From contig CAWJQU010000013.1 of assembly GCA_963845145.1 (NCBI GenBank), forward strand, positions 32,001 through 96,000: DNA of 64,000 nucleotides. Reading direction: 5' to 3'. Of the stretch, positions 17,541-26,973 are shown one piece after another. Position 1 is the first letter of the stretch. The number at the start of each line of letters is the position of its first letter. Under the pieces are notes generated by a model that was not told the origin of the DNA, searched no databases, and saw nothing but the letters and a program-made list of their open reading frames with translations. The stretch comes from an uncultured delta proteobacterium. GTDB lineage: Bacteria > Desulfobacterota > Desulfobacteria > Desulfobacterales > QNYZ01. Both the position numbers and the translations under genes were made by a program.

Positions 17541-19382
17541 TCAGGTGATCACCAGATGACCAAGCCCCTTTTTGGTTAAGAAATTGGGATAGAGATCATA
17601 ACTGGGTTTCAAAATCGGCAACAACTTTATGGTCTTGGGCACGTTGCCTTTGGCGGCGACCTGGCGGCGGGTGAGAGCGCTCACCAAGTTGGCCTTACCG
17701 TGCCAAAAGCGGTGGGCAAAATCAGCATTCATGGTCAAGGTGACTTCCGGCTTTCCATCAAAATCCCCCTTTAAAATTTTGATATCGTCTCCTCTGGCAT
17801 CGATGGTGATGACCCCGGACGGGTTTTTGTATCTAAATTGAACACAAAGACCGCTCTGGGCCAGCTTGGGACCAATCTTGGGATGGGCCTTTAATAACTC
17901 GTAAAACTCGGCCAACACATCATAGAGCATTTCCGTGTCTTTAAAGACCTGGGTGATCTGTTTATCCTTGTGCCGGTTGACCTGGGGCCGCAAATCATCA
18001 CCTGATATCGGCAGGGGTTTTGCTTTCGAGTGGTACACTTTCTGGATAATAGCGATCACAGCATCGCGCTCCGGCTCTACCGGGTTGTACAACATGGATC
18101 CGTCTTCCATGGCCGTGGTGGCGACCTGTTCAATCTTTTTAAGACCATCGGAAATCCCGGCGTCTTTTAGATTAAGGGGGATCCCTGTCAGTTGGGCCAA
18201 TTGCCGGTTGAGGGTGCGCACTTTTTCTACCGCTGCCTCGGCCGCCTGTTTCCGGACCCAGGTATCGATGAATCCGAATGATCCGATGGCAGAGGATAAC
18301 ATCCCCCGTGCACGATGCGAGCCGGCAGTGATATAATCTTTTAGGGAATCCACACCGGAGAGGCCGGCGAGCTTGGAAGGCAGATCGAGACGATTGGAGT
18401 GCAGCAGGCTGCGGCTGTGTTGGATAACCTGGGGATACGAGATCCCCATGGCAAAGGCGATATCCGCGTATCTGTCGACTTTGGCATCCAGGTTATAGGC
18501 CATCACCTCAGGTAAAATCAGGGCATTGGCCAGCCCGTGGGGGATATGGTAGACCCCGCCCAGCGCATGGGATATGCCGTGGGCCATACCGACCATGGAG
18601 TGGGAAAATGCCACCCCGGCCAAAAAACTACCCACCTGCATCGCACCTCGCGCCTCTAAATCGTCCGGCTTGGCACATGCCTGAAGGATATTGCCTGTGA
18701 TCAGCGTCACCGCATGCAGAGCCAAGGCATCGGAAGCCGGGGACCACTCCTTATCCACATAGGCTTCTATGGCATGGGTCAGGGCATCCATGCCGGTGGC
18801 GGCGGTCAATTTACCCGGCAGGGAAAGGGTCAACTCCGGATCAAGAATGGCCAATTGGGGTAAAAATTGGTCTTCGGCAAAAGGCAACTTCACGTCGTTT
18901 TTAGGATCGGCGATGACCGCCACCTTGGTGACTTCAGAGCCGGTGCCCGCGGTGGTTGGAATCAGGATGGCGGGCAGCAACTGTTCGTCGCTGGGAAGCA
19001 GGTAGGCCCCCATATGATCTTTGAGCGCGCCCCCTTTTACCGTTAACAGATTGGCCACCTTGGCGGTGTCGATGACGCTTCCGCCACCCACACCGATCAC
19101 CATGTCACACCTATTTTTCTTGGCCATGGCAGCGCATTTTTCTACAGTATCGATGGTGGAGTTGGGCGGCACTTTATCAAAGGTACAGGCAATCTCGACG
19201 ACTGTTTTTTTAAATCCGGATTTGATTTTATCCACCAACCCGCTTTTCACCAATACCTCATCGGTGACCAGGATCGCTTTACGCTTGCCAAACGGCTTTA
19301 CCGAATCACCTATATTCCCGATAATACCAATACCGTAAATCAGTTTGGTGGGAAGCGAGAATTCGAAATACTCAGGTAACAT
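17541..19382 (-). CDS. Iron-containing alcohol dehydrogenase fused to a C-terminal SCP2 domain
   Basis: Fe-ADH motifs GGGSVID, PTTAGTGSE, DALTH, HGISH, PHG, then 'MNADFAHRFWHGKANLVSALTRRQVAAKGNVPKTIKL'. Confidence 0.88.
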   Translation of the reverse strand: MLPEYFEFSLPTKLIYGIGIIGNIGDSVKPFGKRKAILVTDEVLVKSGLVDKIKSGFKKTVVEIACTFDKVPPNSTIDTVEKCAAMAKKNRCDMVIGVGGGSVIDTAKVANLLTVKGGALKDHMGAYLLPSDEQLLPAILIPTTAGTGSEVTKVAVIADPKNDVKLPFAEDQFLPQLAILDPELTLSLPGKLTAATGMDALTHAIEAYVDKEWSPASDALALHAVTLITGNILQACAKPDDLEARGAMQVGSFLAGVAFSHSMVGMAHGISHALGGVYHIPHGLANALILPEVMAYNLDAKVDRYADIAFAMGISYPQVIQHSRSLLHSNRLDLPSKLAGLSGVDSLKDYITAGSHRARGMLSSAIGSFGFIDTWVRKQAAEAAVEKVRTLNRQLAQLTGIPLNLKDAGISDGLKKIEQVATTAMEDGSMLYNPVEPERDAVIAIIQKVYHSKAKPLPISGDDLRPQVNRHKDKQITQVFKDTEMLYDVLAEFYELLKAHPKIGPKLAQSGLCVQFRYKNPSGVITIDARGDDIKILKGDFDGKPEVTLTMNADFAHRFWHGKANLVSALTRRQVAAKGNVPKTIKLLPILKPSYDLYPNFLTKKGLGHLVIT

Positions 19383-19432
19383 GCTGGTTCCTTTCTCGGT
19401 GAGTGAATGTGAAAGAGCTGTGGGCCAAAGAT

Positions 19433-21105
19433 CTATAAGCCTGCCAACTCCCGCATTATCTGGGCCACATCCTTTAGCTGACTTTCCTCGGCTGCCTTTT
19501 GCTGATGCATGGCACAGAACGCAGAGCCGGTTAGCGATCTGTTCCGACAGGGTTTACCCTTGCGGGTCACCGCGCCACACGTGGCCGACCGGGTATCTTC
19601 CGGATCATCTGCCGTTTTTTTTGCACGGGAACCGGCCCGAGCCTCTTCATAACGGTCATGCAACACCAGGGGTTCATCGTATACTTTTCCAGACTGGACC
19701 AGATCCAAAAGGGCGTTGAATTCGTCTTCAAACCCTTCCAGCAGAACCTCAGGGTCCGGCATCAATCCCTCATCGGAAGCCACCCCCACGGTGACCTTGC
19801 CGTCATAGCTGAAAATGCTGATCCCCAAGCCAATCTGGCCGGAACGCGGGACCCAAAACATAAAGTTTTCAATTTTTTGGCCGGCGAAATAGAGGGGCTG
19901 GCGCGGACCCGGTACATTGGTTAGCACCCCCGAGGCCTTGTTGCCAAACAATGCTGAGGCTCTTTTGGCGAGTACCGGGGGCAGATACCCCATGGCACTA
20001 AGCAGGGCAAAATTAATATATGGATCCGGGGAGGTTTTGAGTTGATCCATTCGCCGTTTAACTTCTTTCAGTCGTAAAACGGGATCTTCCAAATGGACCG
20101 GCAGGGGCAGGAAAACCAAGCTGAACTTATTGCCTAATTCGAACTCGGTGCCTGGTTTGCGAATATTTACCGGTACAGTCACGCGCAGATTGAGTGTATT
20201 GACGCGCGTATTTCGGGTTTTTAAATAGCGGCGCATCGCGCCGGTGACGGTGGCGATGAGTACGTCATTGAGGGTAGCGGTACTGATCGCTCGGCCGACC
20301 TTCTTGATTTTGTCCAAGGCCATGGGTTCCGTCCAGACGATCCGCTTGCGCACACCCAATTTGCCTTTAAAAGCGGTATTGGGATCAGAGCTCATCAGGG
20401 TGTATTTAGAGAGTACCGAAGCAAAATCCGTAGGGATAACGCTGGAAATTTTGGCCAGCTCCTTTAAATGGTTGGGATCAGAGAGGGCTTTTTCGAGCTC
20501 TTTGATTACTTGCTTGCCGATGTTTTTGGTTGTGGAAAGGGTTTTCTTGGCATTGTCGACCATGGCGTTGATGGGCAGAAGGGAACCCAAGGAGAAAGGC
20601 TGTGGGCTTTGTGAGGTTGTTTACTTTTTGGCCAGGGAGCATCCGGATCCGTGTCCGCCATGGAAAGCAACACATGGATACCGGCAATACCATCGGTGAT
20701 GCAGTGGTGGATCCTAAAAAAGAGAGCGCAGCCCTTGCCGTAGTTTTCGATGAGATGGGTTTGCCACAACGGTTTGTTGGGATCCAGCGGGGTTACTGCT
20801 AAATTGGCAATCATCTCTTGAAGCGTGGTTTTATCACCCGGTGTCGGTAACGCCACCCGTTGCAAATGAGATCGAAGGTCAAAATGTTTATCGGCTTCCC
20901 AGCTGGGGACCCCAAGACCTGTTTTAGGAAGGACGATTCGTTGGTGGAAGCGTGGAAAAGATGCCAGCCGACTCTCGATGGTGGCATACAATCGTTTAAA
21001 ATCGAGGCGTTTTTCAAACGCCATAAACCCGGTGATCACCATCAAGTTGGTGGGTTCATCCATGCAAAGCCAGAAATTATCAGCATTGGTCATGCGCTTG
21101 GCCAT
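19433..21105 (-). CDS. Wax ester synthase/diacylglycerol acyltransferase (WS/DGAT), one frameshift at ~20510-20620
   Basis: 'PLDPNKPLWQTHLIE', catalytic 'HHCITDG', 'TLNDV', 'VPVNIR', 'LGNKFS', 'TNVPGP', 'SYDGKVTVG'; halves are one frame apart. Confidence 0.9.
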
Positions 21106-21498
21106 TCCTATTCTCCTTCCGTTGGAAGCGTTATCCTAATGCAAACGATATATATTATACAGGTAAATATGCAACCCCCCCATTGGGTTCGGTTTAGGCA
21201 GGGTGCAAGTCAAGTGTTACCCTTTTGGTATACCGGGGGGAAAATTTTCAAAAAATAATTAAGCAATGGAATGCGCATTTTTGGTTGAGGATCGGGCAAA
21301 AATGACCGGCATAGATGATGTCAGAGGTGATTTTTCTTTACCATTTACCGAATACAAACCGCAAATTGGCTCCGTGGAGATTCTGGCAGGGGATAAACCA
21401 ACGCCGGGCCAGGTGACCCGGCTGATTGGTTGATACCGTGCGGTTGATTCAACGCGGTCAGTCTATCCATTTATTAAATATCGCCACAATAGAATGCT

Positions 21499-22245
21499 TT
21501 ATGCAGCTTGGGCTGTACTCCGAGCTTCCACCTCGGGATGGCTGGGTAGTGTCTCTTCAACGGTCATTGCAAAACGAGCGTTTGCTTTTTTAAGGGCTTC
21601 CACCTTGGTATGGAGATTTTTTACCCGACGCACAATACTATCGATCTCTTTTTGGTTGGGCAGATTGAGCAGGGCGGGAAGCTCTTGAATCCGGCGGTTG
21701 ATCTCTCTTTCAACCCTTTTCTTGCCGGGCACTTTATCAAATGCTTTTTTACCACGGCCCAGCAACCCTTCCATCAGCAACCGAGCATCGTGGCCGAGCC
21801 CATCCATTAATGATTTGTAATCATCGGCGACATCCGACATTTTATCTTGGGTGTCGTCTTGCAGATTTTCAACCAGATTCTTACCGTCGTCTATCAATTC
21901 GGCAACGGCTTTGCGGGGATTTTTTCTCGCTTTTGTAAGAAACGATTTGCCATCTTTAACCATATCGTCGATCTTGGCGAGGGTGTCATTATTCAGGTCC
22001 GTGATGTATTCTTTGCCGTCATCAAAAAGGTCGACCACAGTTTTGCGAGGCGCTTTTTTCAAGTCGCGGACCAGCGCTTTGCCGCTTTTCAGGGGTGCTT
22101 CGATAAACCTTTTGTTAACCGTTTCCAAGCGGTTGGTCAGATTTTCCCTGGCTTCCTGTGCTGTTTTAATAACGTAGAATTGGTTTTTTGCCCTGGAAGG
22201 GGCTTTTCTCTTGGAGTCACTTTTTTTGATTTTAGCTTTTGCCAT
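21499..22245 (-). CDS. Phasin/apolipoprotein-like granule-associated protein with 22-aa repeats
   Basis: Five consecutive 22-residue units starting SGK/DGK/DGK/DGK/DYK; C-terminal 'LNLPNQKEIDSIVRRVKNLHTKVEAL'; AAGGAG RBS. Confidence 0.75.
   Translation of the reverse strand: MAKAKIKKSDSKRKAPSRAKNQFYVIKTAQEARENLTNRLETVNKRFIEAPLKSGKALVRDLKKAPRKTVVDLFDDGKEYITDLNNDTLAKIDDMVKDGKSFLTKARKNPRKAVAELIDDGKNLVENLQDDTQDKMSDVADDYKSLMDGLGHDARLLMEGLLGRGKKAFDKVPGKKRVEREINRRIQELPALLNLPNQKEIDSIVRRVKNLHTKVEALKKANARFAMTVEETLPSHPEVEARSTAQAA
21757..22086 (-). repeat. Coding tandem repeat, 5 x 66 nt (22 aa), visible at protein level
   Basis: Residues 54-163 of the 21499-22245 protein. Confidence 0.8.
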
Positions 22246-22311
22246 TTAATATCTCCTTTTGGATTTAAAAATTATCCGGACACCTATATCAACGTTTCGG
22301 GCCCGATTATT

Positions 22312-22361
22312 ACGCATTGCGTTATAAAAGCAAATATGATGCAGTGCGTTATGTTTGTCAA
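22312..22361 (-). promoter_or_regulatory. Promoter of the phasin-like gene with two AYGCA-N-TGCGT sites
   Basis: Minus strand TTGACA(22361-22356)-17 nt-CATATT; ATGCAGTGCGT (22339-22349) in the spacer and ACGCATTGCGT (22312-22322) downstream. Confidence 0.65.
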
Positions 22362-22474
22362 GGAGATATTAAAAAAAACGTTGTGAAGGTATAATATAAT
22401 AGATGTTGGATTTATCGCGGATTAGAGATATCTGCCGGCCAGAAACAGCCCCTAATTATCGATACTTCTGACCG

Positions 22475-23316
22475 TTATGACGGACAATATGATTCCAGAA
22501 ACTGTTTAATTTTGTTTCGGTATCCCTGTTGAAATGACGAGTCACTGTGCCCTGCTCCTCCGGCCACCCAAACTTTTGCATTGCTTGACGGAAAACTATC
22601 TGCCAGATCTTGTGCAAATGATACCGGAAACGTCATATCCTTTTCCCCATGAATAAGCATAACCGGGATGTTTACGCCCGGTGCCAGGGATTTGGGGCTT
22701 AGTGGTTCCAATTGATTGCGGTACAAGACCTTTATCCATCCAGAAAACAATTCCAGGGCCGAAAATCATACCGAAATATTTGTTAAATGACGTATAGAGA
22801 TTTAACAAAGCCGGCTTCGTTTCAGCATAGCACCCTTCCAGGTATAAAAGTTTAACCCGTTTGGGGTGACCGGGAAACGGCAATCATTGCCCCGGCGGCA
22901 CCAGCCGAGTGGCCATAGAGGATCACGGGTTCACCGATCCATTTAAGAACTGTCTCAATATCCTCACCAAAACGAATACCGTTCATCAATCTGCATGGTG
23001 AAGATCCGCCATGGTCCCGGGCACTGTGGATCACAGTCGTATAGCCCCATTTCCCGAACATCTGTGCCCGATTGGTCATACGGTCACGGTTTCGGCTCCA
23101 TCCGTGAGCAAGGACGACGATGCCTTTTGACGGCCCATCCGGCTCAATCCGCCATACTTCCAGAAATCCGCCATCAACCGCCAGGATTCGTGTGTCCGTT
23201 ACTTTTCCCCATGCGGGTTTATCCGTTACCGGTTTTCGGGGTTTTCTATGAACCATGTAGGTGAAACAAATTGAACTTATGATATAACCAAAAAGAACGG
23301 TCGTAATAAAAGTCAT
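22475..23316 (-). CDS. Alpha/beta hydrolase with N-terminal TM helix (two frameshifts)
   Basis: 'VVLAHGWS', 'ARDHGGS', 'YGHSAG', 'LIHGEKD', 'GAGHSD' spread over three overlapping ORFs; span is 3n+2. Confidence 0.75.
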
Positions 23317-23369
23317 TATATTTTACCCGTTTTCCCTGACGACCACTATTTCATTTTTACCATTCCCCT

Positions 23370-25159
23370 TTATGCGTATAAACCCTCAATCTGATCCATA
23401 TACTGGTCCAGAACGATTCGCCGTTTAAGTTTCATGGTCTGGGTGAGTGTCCCGTTTTCAAGGGTGAAGTTTTCACTCAGAAAAATGAATTTTCTGGGTA
23501 TTTCATACCCTCCGAATTTCCCTTTCAGGAATGTGGCGATTTCATCGGAGATCATCTTTTTAACATCATCTCTTTGGATAAGCGTTTTCGGATCATTTGG
23601 CAGATTATGTTCTGCGGCATATTGTTCAAGTATGAGAAAATCGGGGGCAACCAGGCAAACATTAAACGCTCGACCCTCGCCATGAATCATCGCATTTTCA
23701 ACAAGCGGAAGTAGCTTAATTTCTTCTTCAATGGCGGCAGGAAAAACATATTTGCCGTTTTCAAGCTTATATTGTTCCTTTATTCTGCCGGTGATGAAAA
23801 GATACCCATCTTTATCGAGCCGCCCTCGGTCACCGGTTCTAAAACCACCGTCCTCAGTCATCACCTCTTTTGTGGCTTCGGGTTTGTTATGATACCCTTG
23901 CATCACATTCGGGCCGTAGATGATAATCTCTCCATCTTCACCACCTTCGGAAAGCACTTTATCAATTTCTACCCGGACGTGCTCAATGGGTCGTCCCACA
24001 GTTCCGGGTTTGTGGGCATGGGGTCCGTTCATTGTCGCCGCCGGAGAGGTTTCCGTCAGTCCGTAACAGTCATAAACCGGGATTCCCATGTCGGAAAAAA
24101 AGTGTCCAATCTCAACATTCATGGTCGCACTTCCACTCAGGGCACCTGTTAATCGTCCGCCAAACCGGGCCCGGATTTTCTTGAACACAACCGCGTCGGC
24201 AACCTTGTATTTAAGGTTGGTGAAAAAATCAGATTGGCCATTTTCTGATAATTCGCGCCTTTTTTTAGCGGATTCAATTCCCATAACAAACAACTTTTTG
24301 GCTAGCCCCCCGGTTTCGTTCATTTTTGCCCACAAACCCGCATAAATTTTGTTAAACACCCTTGGTACGGCAATAAGGAAGGTCGGCCGAACTTTTCCCA
24401 TATCATCTGCCAACGTGGTAACATCTTCCATAAACCCCACGGAACCGCCGATGTGTGACAAAAAGATACAGCTCACCCGTCTGGCCGAAAGAGTGGGCCC
24501 AGGGAAGGATGGAGAGACCCCGGTCATTCTCATTCAATTCCGGAAAAACCTTATGCCCGGCAAGGACATTACTCGTAAAGTTTCCGTGAGAAAGAAGCAC
24601 CCCTTTGGGGTTGCCGGTGGTGCCCGAGGTATAAATCAATACGGCAATATCTTCGGGTTTGGGGCGAATGGCAGCGACCGGGCCGGCCGCACCCATTTTT
24701 TCCAGGCCGGACATGGTGTTTTCTCCTTCACCTTCTATCCGATAGACCTTTTCAAGTCCCGGTAGCTCTTCACGCATGGCGACTATCTGGTCATATATTT
24801 CCTGGGTGGCAACAAGCAGCAGCTTGATTTTGCCGTCATTGATTATGTGCTTCCAAATTTTAACAAGTTCTTTTTCGTACATGGGAATGTAGCGCGCGCC
24901 CAGGCCGAATGTGGCAAAGGCGGCGACCGCCCATTCATTGCGGTTGCTTGCAATGATACCGACGGCATCGCCCTTTTTAATACCCGCCTGGCTCAGACCC
25001 CCACGCAGGTTGTCAATGCGTGTTCCGACTTCGCGGTAGGTTGCCCACTCATATTCCCCGCCACTGTTCTTGCGTTCCAAACATGGCATTGTCAGGATAC
25101 TTCTCAACGCTGTTTTCGACCAATTCAACCAAATTGTCTGGCTTTTCAAAGATATGCAT
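23370..25159 (-). CDS. Long-chain fatty acid-CoA ligase (FadD-like), frameshifts at ~25075 and ~24460
   Basis: AGGAGG then ATG 25159 (MHIFEKPDNL); 'IYTSGTTGNPKGV', 'YGLTETSP', 'FRTGDRG...ITGRIKE', 'LTQTMKLKR'. Confidence 0.85.
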
Positions 25160-25178
25160 GTTTTCCTCCTTCGGGTTA

Positions 25179-26876
25179 TTAAGGATTCATCTCATAGGTA
25201 TCTTTCAATGTATAGACATATTTCTGCCATATCTTTTGAAATTTCTCTTCGTTCATCACTGGTTTTTTGATCATTTTCAGGCACAATGCCATCTGCTTTT
25301 CGGTACTGCCTGTCTTGGAGTATATCTGTAGGGCATATTTGGAAAAGTCCCTGATCATGAAATCAAATATCTGATCAAGGAGATCATTCTCAATTTTTTC
25401 CATTTTTGATTTTTCAATAATCAGCTGGCCATAAACCACTAGGGTGAACAATTCTCCAAGGCTAAGGAGAAAATCAATATTCTTGGTCTGCTCTTCACTG
25501 GGGGTCGCTGTTATGAGAAATTCTTTCAGAATCTCAATCTGTTCCTTGAAAACATGGATATTGGGCAGGTCAACGCTGCTGAAAGCTTTGTTAAAATCAT
25601 GAAACCTGATTTTCCCCAAGCCTTTGGTTGCCCCCTGGTTAAAGAGAAAATCATCATTTTGGGGATCATCCCTTTTGGGAATTTCAGGAAATTCAGCAGG
25701 GTTAAAGAAATAATTGGCCATGAACTTGATGATTAGCGCCATATTGACATGAACGGTTCCCTCAAGTTTGGGAAGTGCACGGATATCCTTGGCGGCATTT
25801 TCAAAATAGACATCCTTTTCAAATCCCCTTGCCGCAATGACATCCCAGAGCAGGTTGATGACCTCCTCTCCCTGGGTTGTCACCTTCATCTTAACCATAG
25901 GATTAAAGAGAAGGTAGCGCCGGTCTTCGGCTGAAGCCGAGCGCATGTAGTCAACCGACCGGGAAGCAAAGAGTTTCATGGCCGCCAGGCGGGTATAGGC
26001 ATCGGTGAAAAGTTGCTGAATATGAGGGAAATCGGTAACATATTTACCGTAAAGATTCCTATGCGCCGCATGGGTGATGGCTTCGTAAAAGGCATGCGTA
26101 CAGATTCCTATGGATGCCCAGCCCAGGTTAAATTTTCCCACATTAATGGTATTCAGGGAGGAGTCCCAGGCGTCCCGTCCGGTGGAAAGTATCTCGGCAT
26201 CTGTAATCGGATAACCACTCAAAGCATACTCTGCCACATAGCTCTGCCAGTCAACAACATTTTTTACCAATTCGTAGTTTTCGTGTTTGGGATCGGCTAC
26301 AAAAAAAACATACTCATCGGTTTCCGAGTTTTTGCCAAAAGTAGAAACCAGGGCGGCCTCATTGGCATTGCCGATATAATATTTCCCCCCGTCGGCAACA
26401 TATTTCCCTTCTGCAAGCGGTGTGAGGGCCATCTCTGACGAGTAGAGATCCGCCCCGTGAGCCTTTTCAGAAAGACCAAAAGCGAAAATGCCACCTTCCT
26501 CAAGGAGTTTGGCCGTTTTGTTTTTTACTTCTTCATTGTTCCCCATCCATATGGGGCCAAGCCCGAGGATGGTCACCTGCCATGTGTACCAGTATGCAAG
26601 GCCGTAAAAACCAAGGATTTCATTAAAATCACATATCCGGGCCGTATCCCACCGGGTATCGGGATCATCACTGTACTGGGATGGCGTAAGCAGCGTGGCA
26701 AAAATCCTGTTCTCTTTAACAAAATTGAGAAAATCCGAATACCAGACTCGATCATTGTAGTCTTTTTTTAAATTTTGCTTACCTTTCTTTTCAAAAAATG
26801 CGATTGTTTTCAGCATTATTTCTCGTGATCGCACATCAAGATGCTCATATTTGTTGCTTTTAGGGTTTAACAGCAT
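25179..26876 (-). CDS. Acyl-CoA dehydrogenase
   Basis: 'FAFGLSEKAHGAD', 'GGKYYIGNA', 'LPKLEGTVHVN'. Confidence 0.88.
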   Translation of the reverse strand: MLLNPKSNKYEHLDVRSREIMLKTIAFFEKKGKQNLKKDYNDRVWYSDFLNFVKENRIFATLLTPSQYSDDPDTRWDTARICDFNEILGFYGLAYWYTWQVTILGLGPIWMGNNEEVKNKTAKLLEEGGIFAFGLSEKAHGADLYSSEMALTPLAEGKYVADGGKYYIGNANEAALVSTFGKNSETDEYVFFVADPKHENYELVKNVVDWQSYVAEYALSGYPITDAEILSTGRDAWDSSLNTINVGKFNLGWASIGICTHAFYEAITHAAHRNLYGKYVTDFPHIQQLFTDAYTRLAAMKLFASRSVDYMRSASAEDRRYLLFNPMVKMKVTTQGEEVINLLWDVIAARGFEKDVYFENAAKDIRALPKLEGTVHVNMALIIKFMANYFFNPAEFPEIPKRDDPQNDDFLFNQGATKGLGKIRFHDFNKAFSSVDLPNIHVFKEQIEILKEFLITATPSEEQTKNIDFLLSLGELFTLVVYGQLIIEKSKMEKIENDLLDQIFDFMIRDFSKYALQIYSKTGSTEKQMALCLKMIKKPVMNEEKFQKIWQKYVYTLKDTYEMNP

Positions 26877-26973
26877 GTGGCACATCTCCTTTTTAAACGG
26901 ATTTCAAATGTGGAAGGATGAGGGTTTTCAAAATAGAAGAAAAGGTTCAATCGGGTTTTAACGTTTTTTTCGT

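Noticed and set aside
9243..22245. Ordinary PHA biosynthesis cluster
   Set aside because: PhaR-like and phasin-like genes are present, but no Cys-nucleophile PhaC, thiolase or acetoacetyl-CoA reductase; the enzymes point to acyl reduction and wax-ester synthesis. A phaC elsewhere in the genome cannot be excluded.
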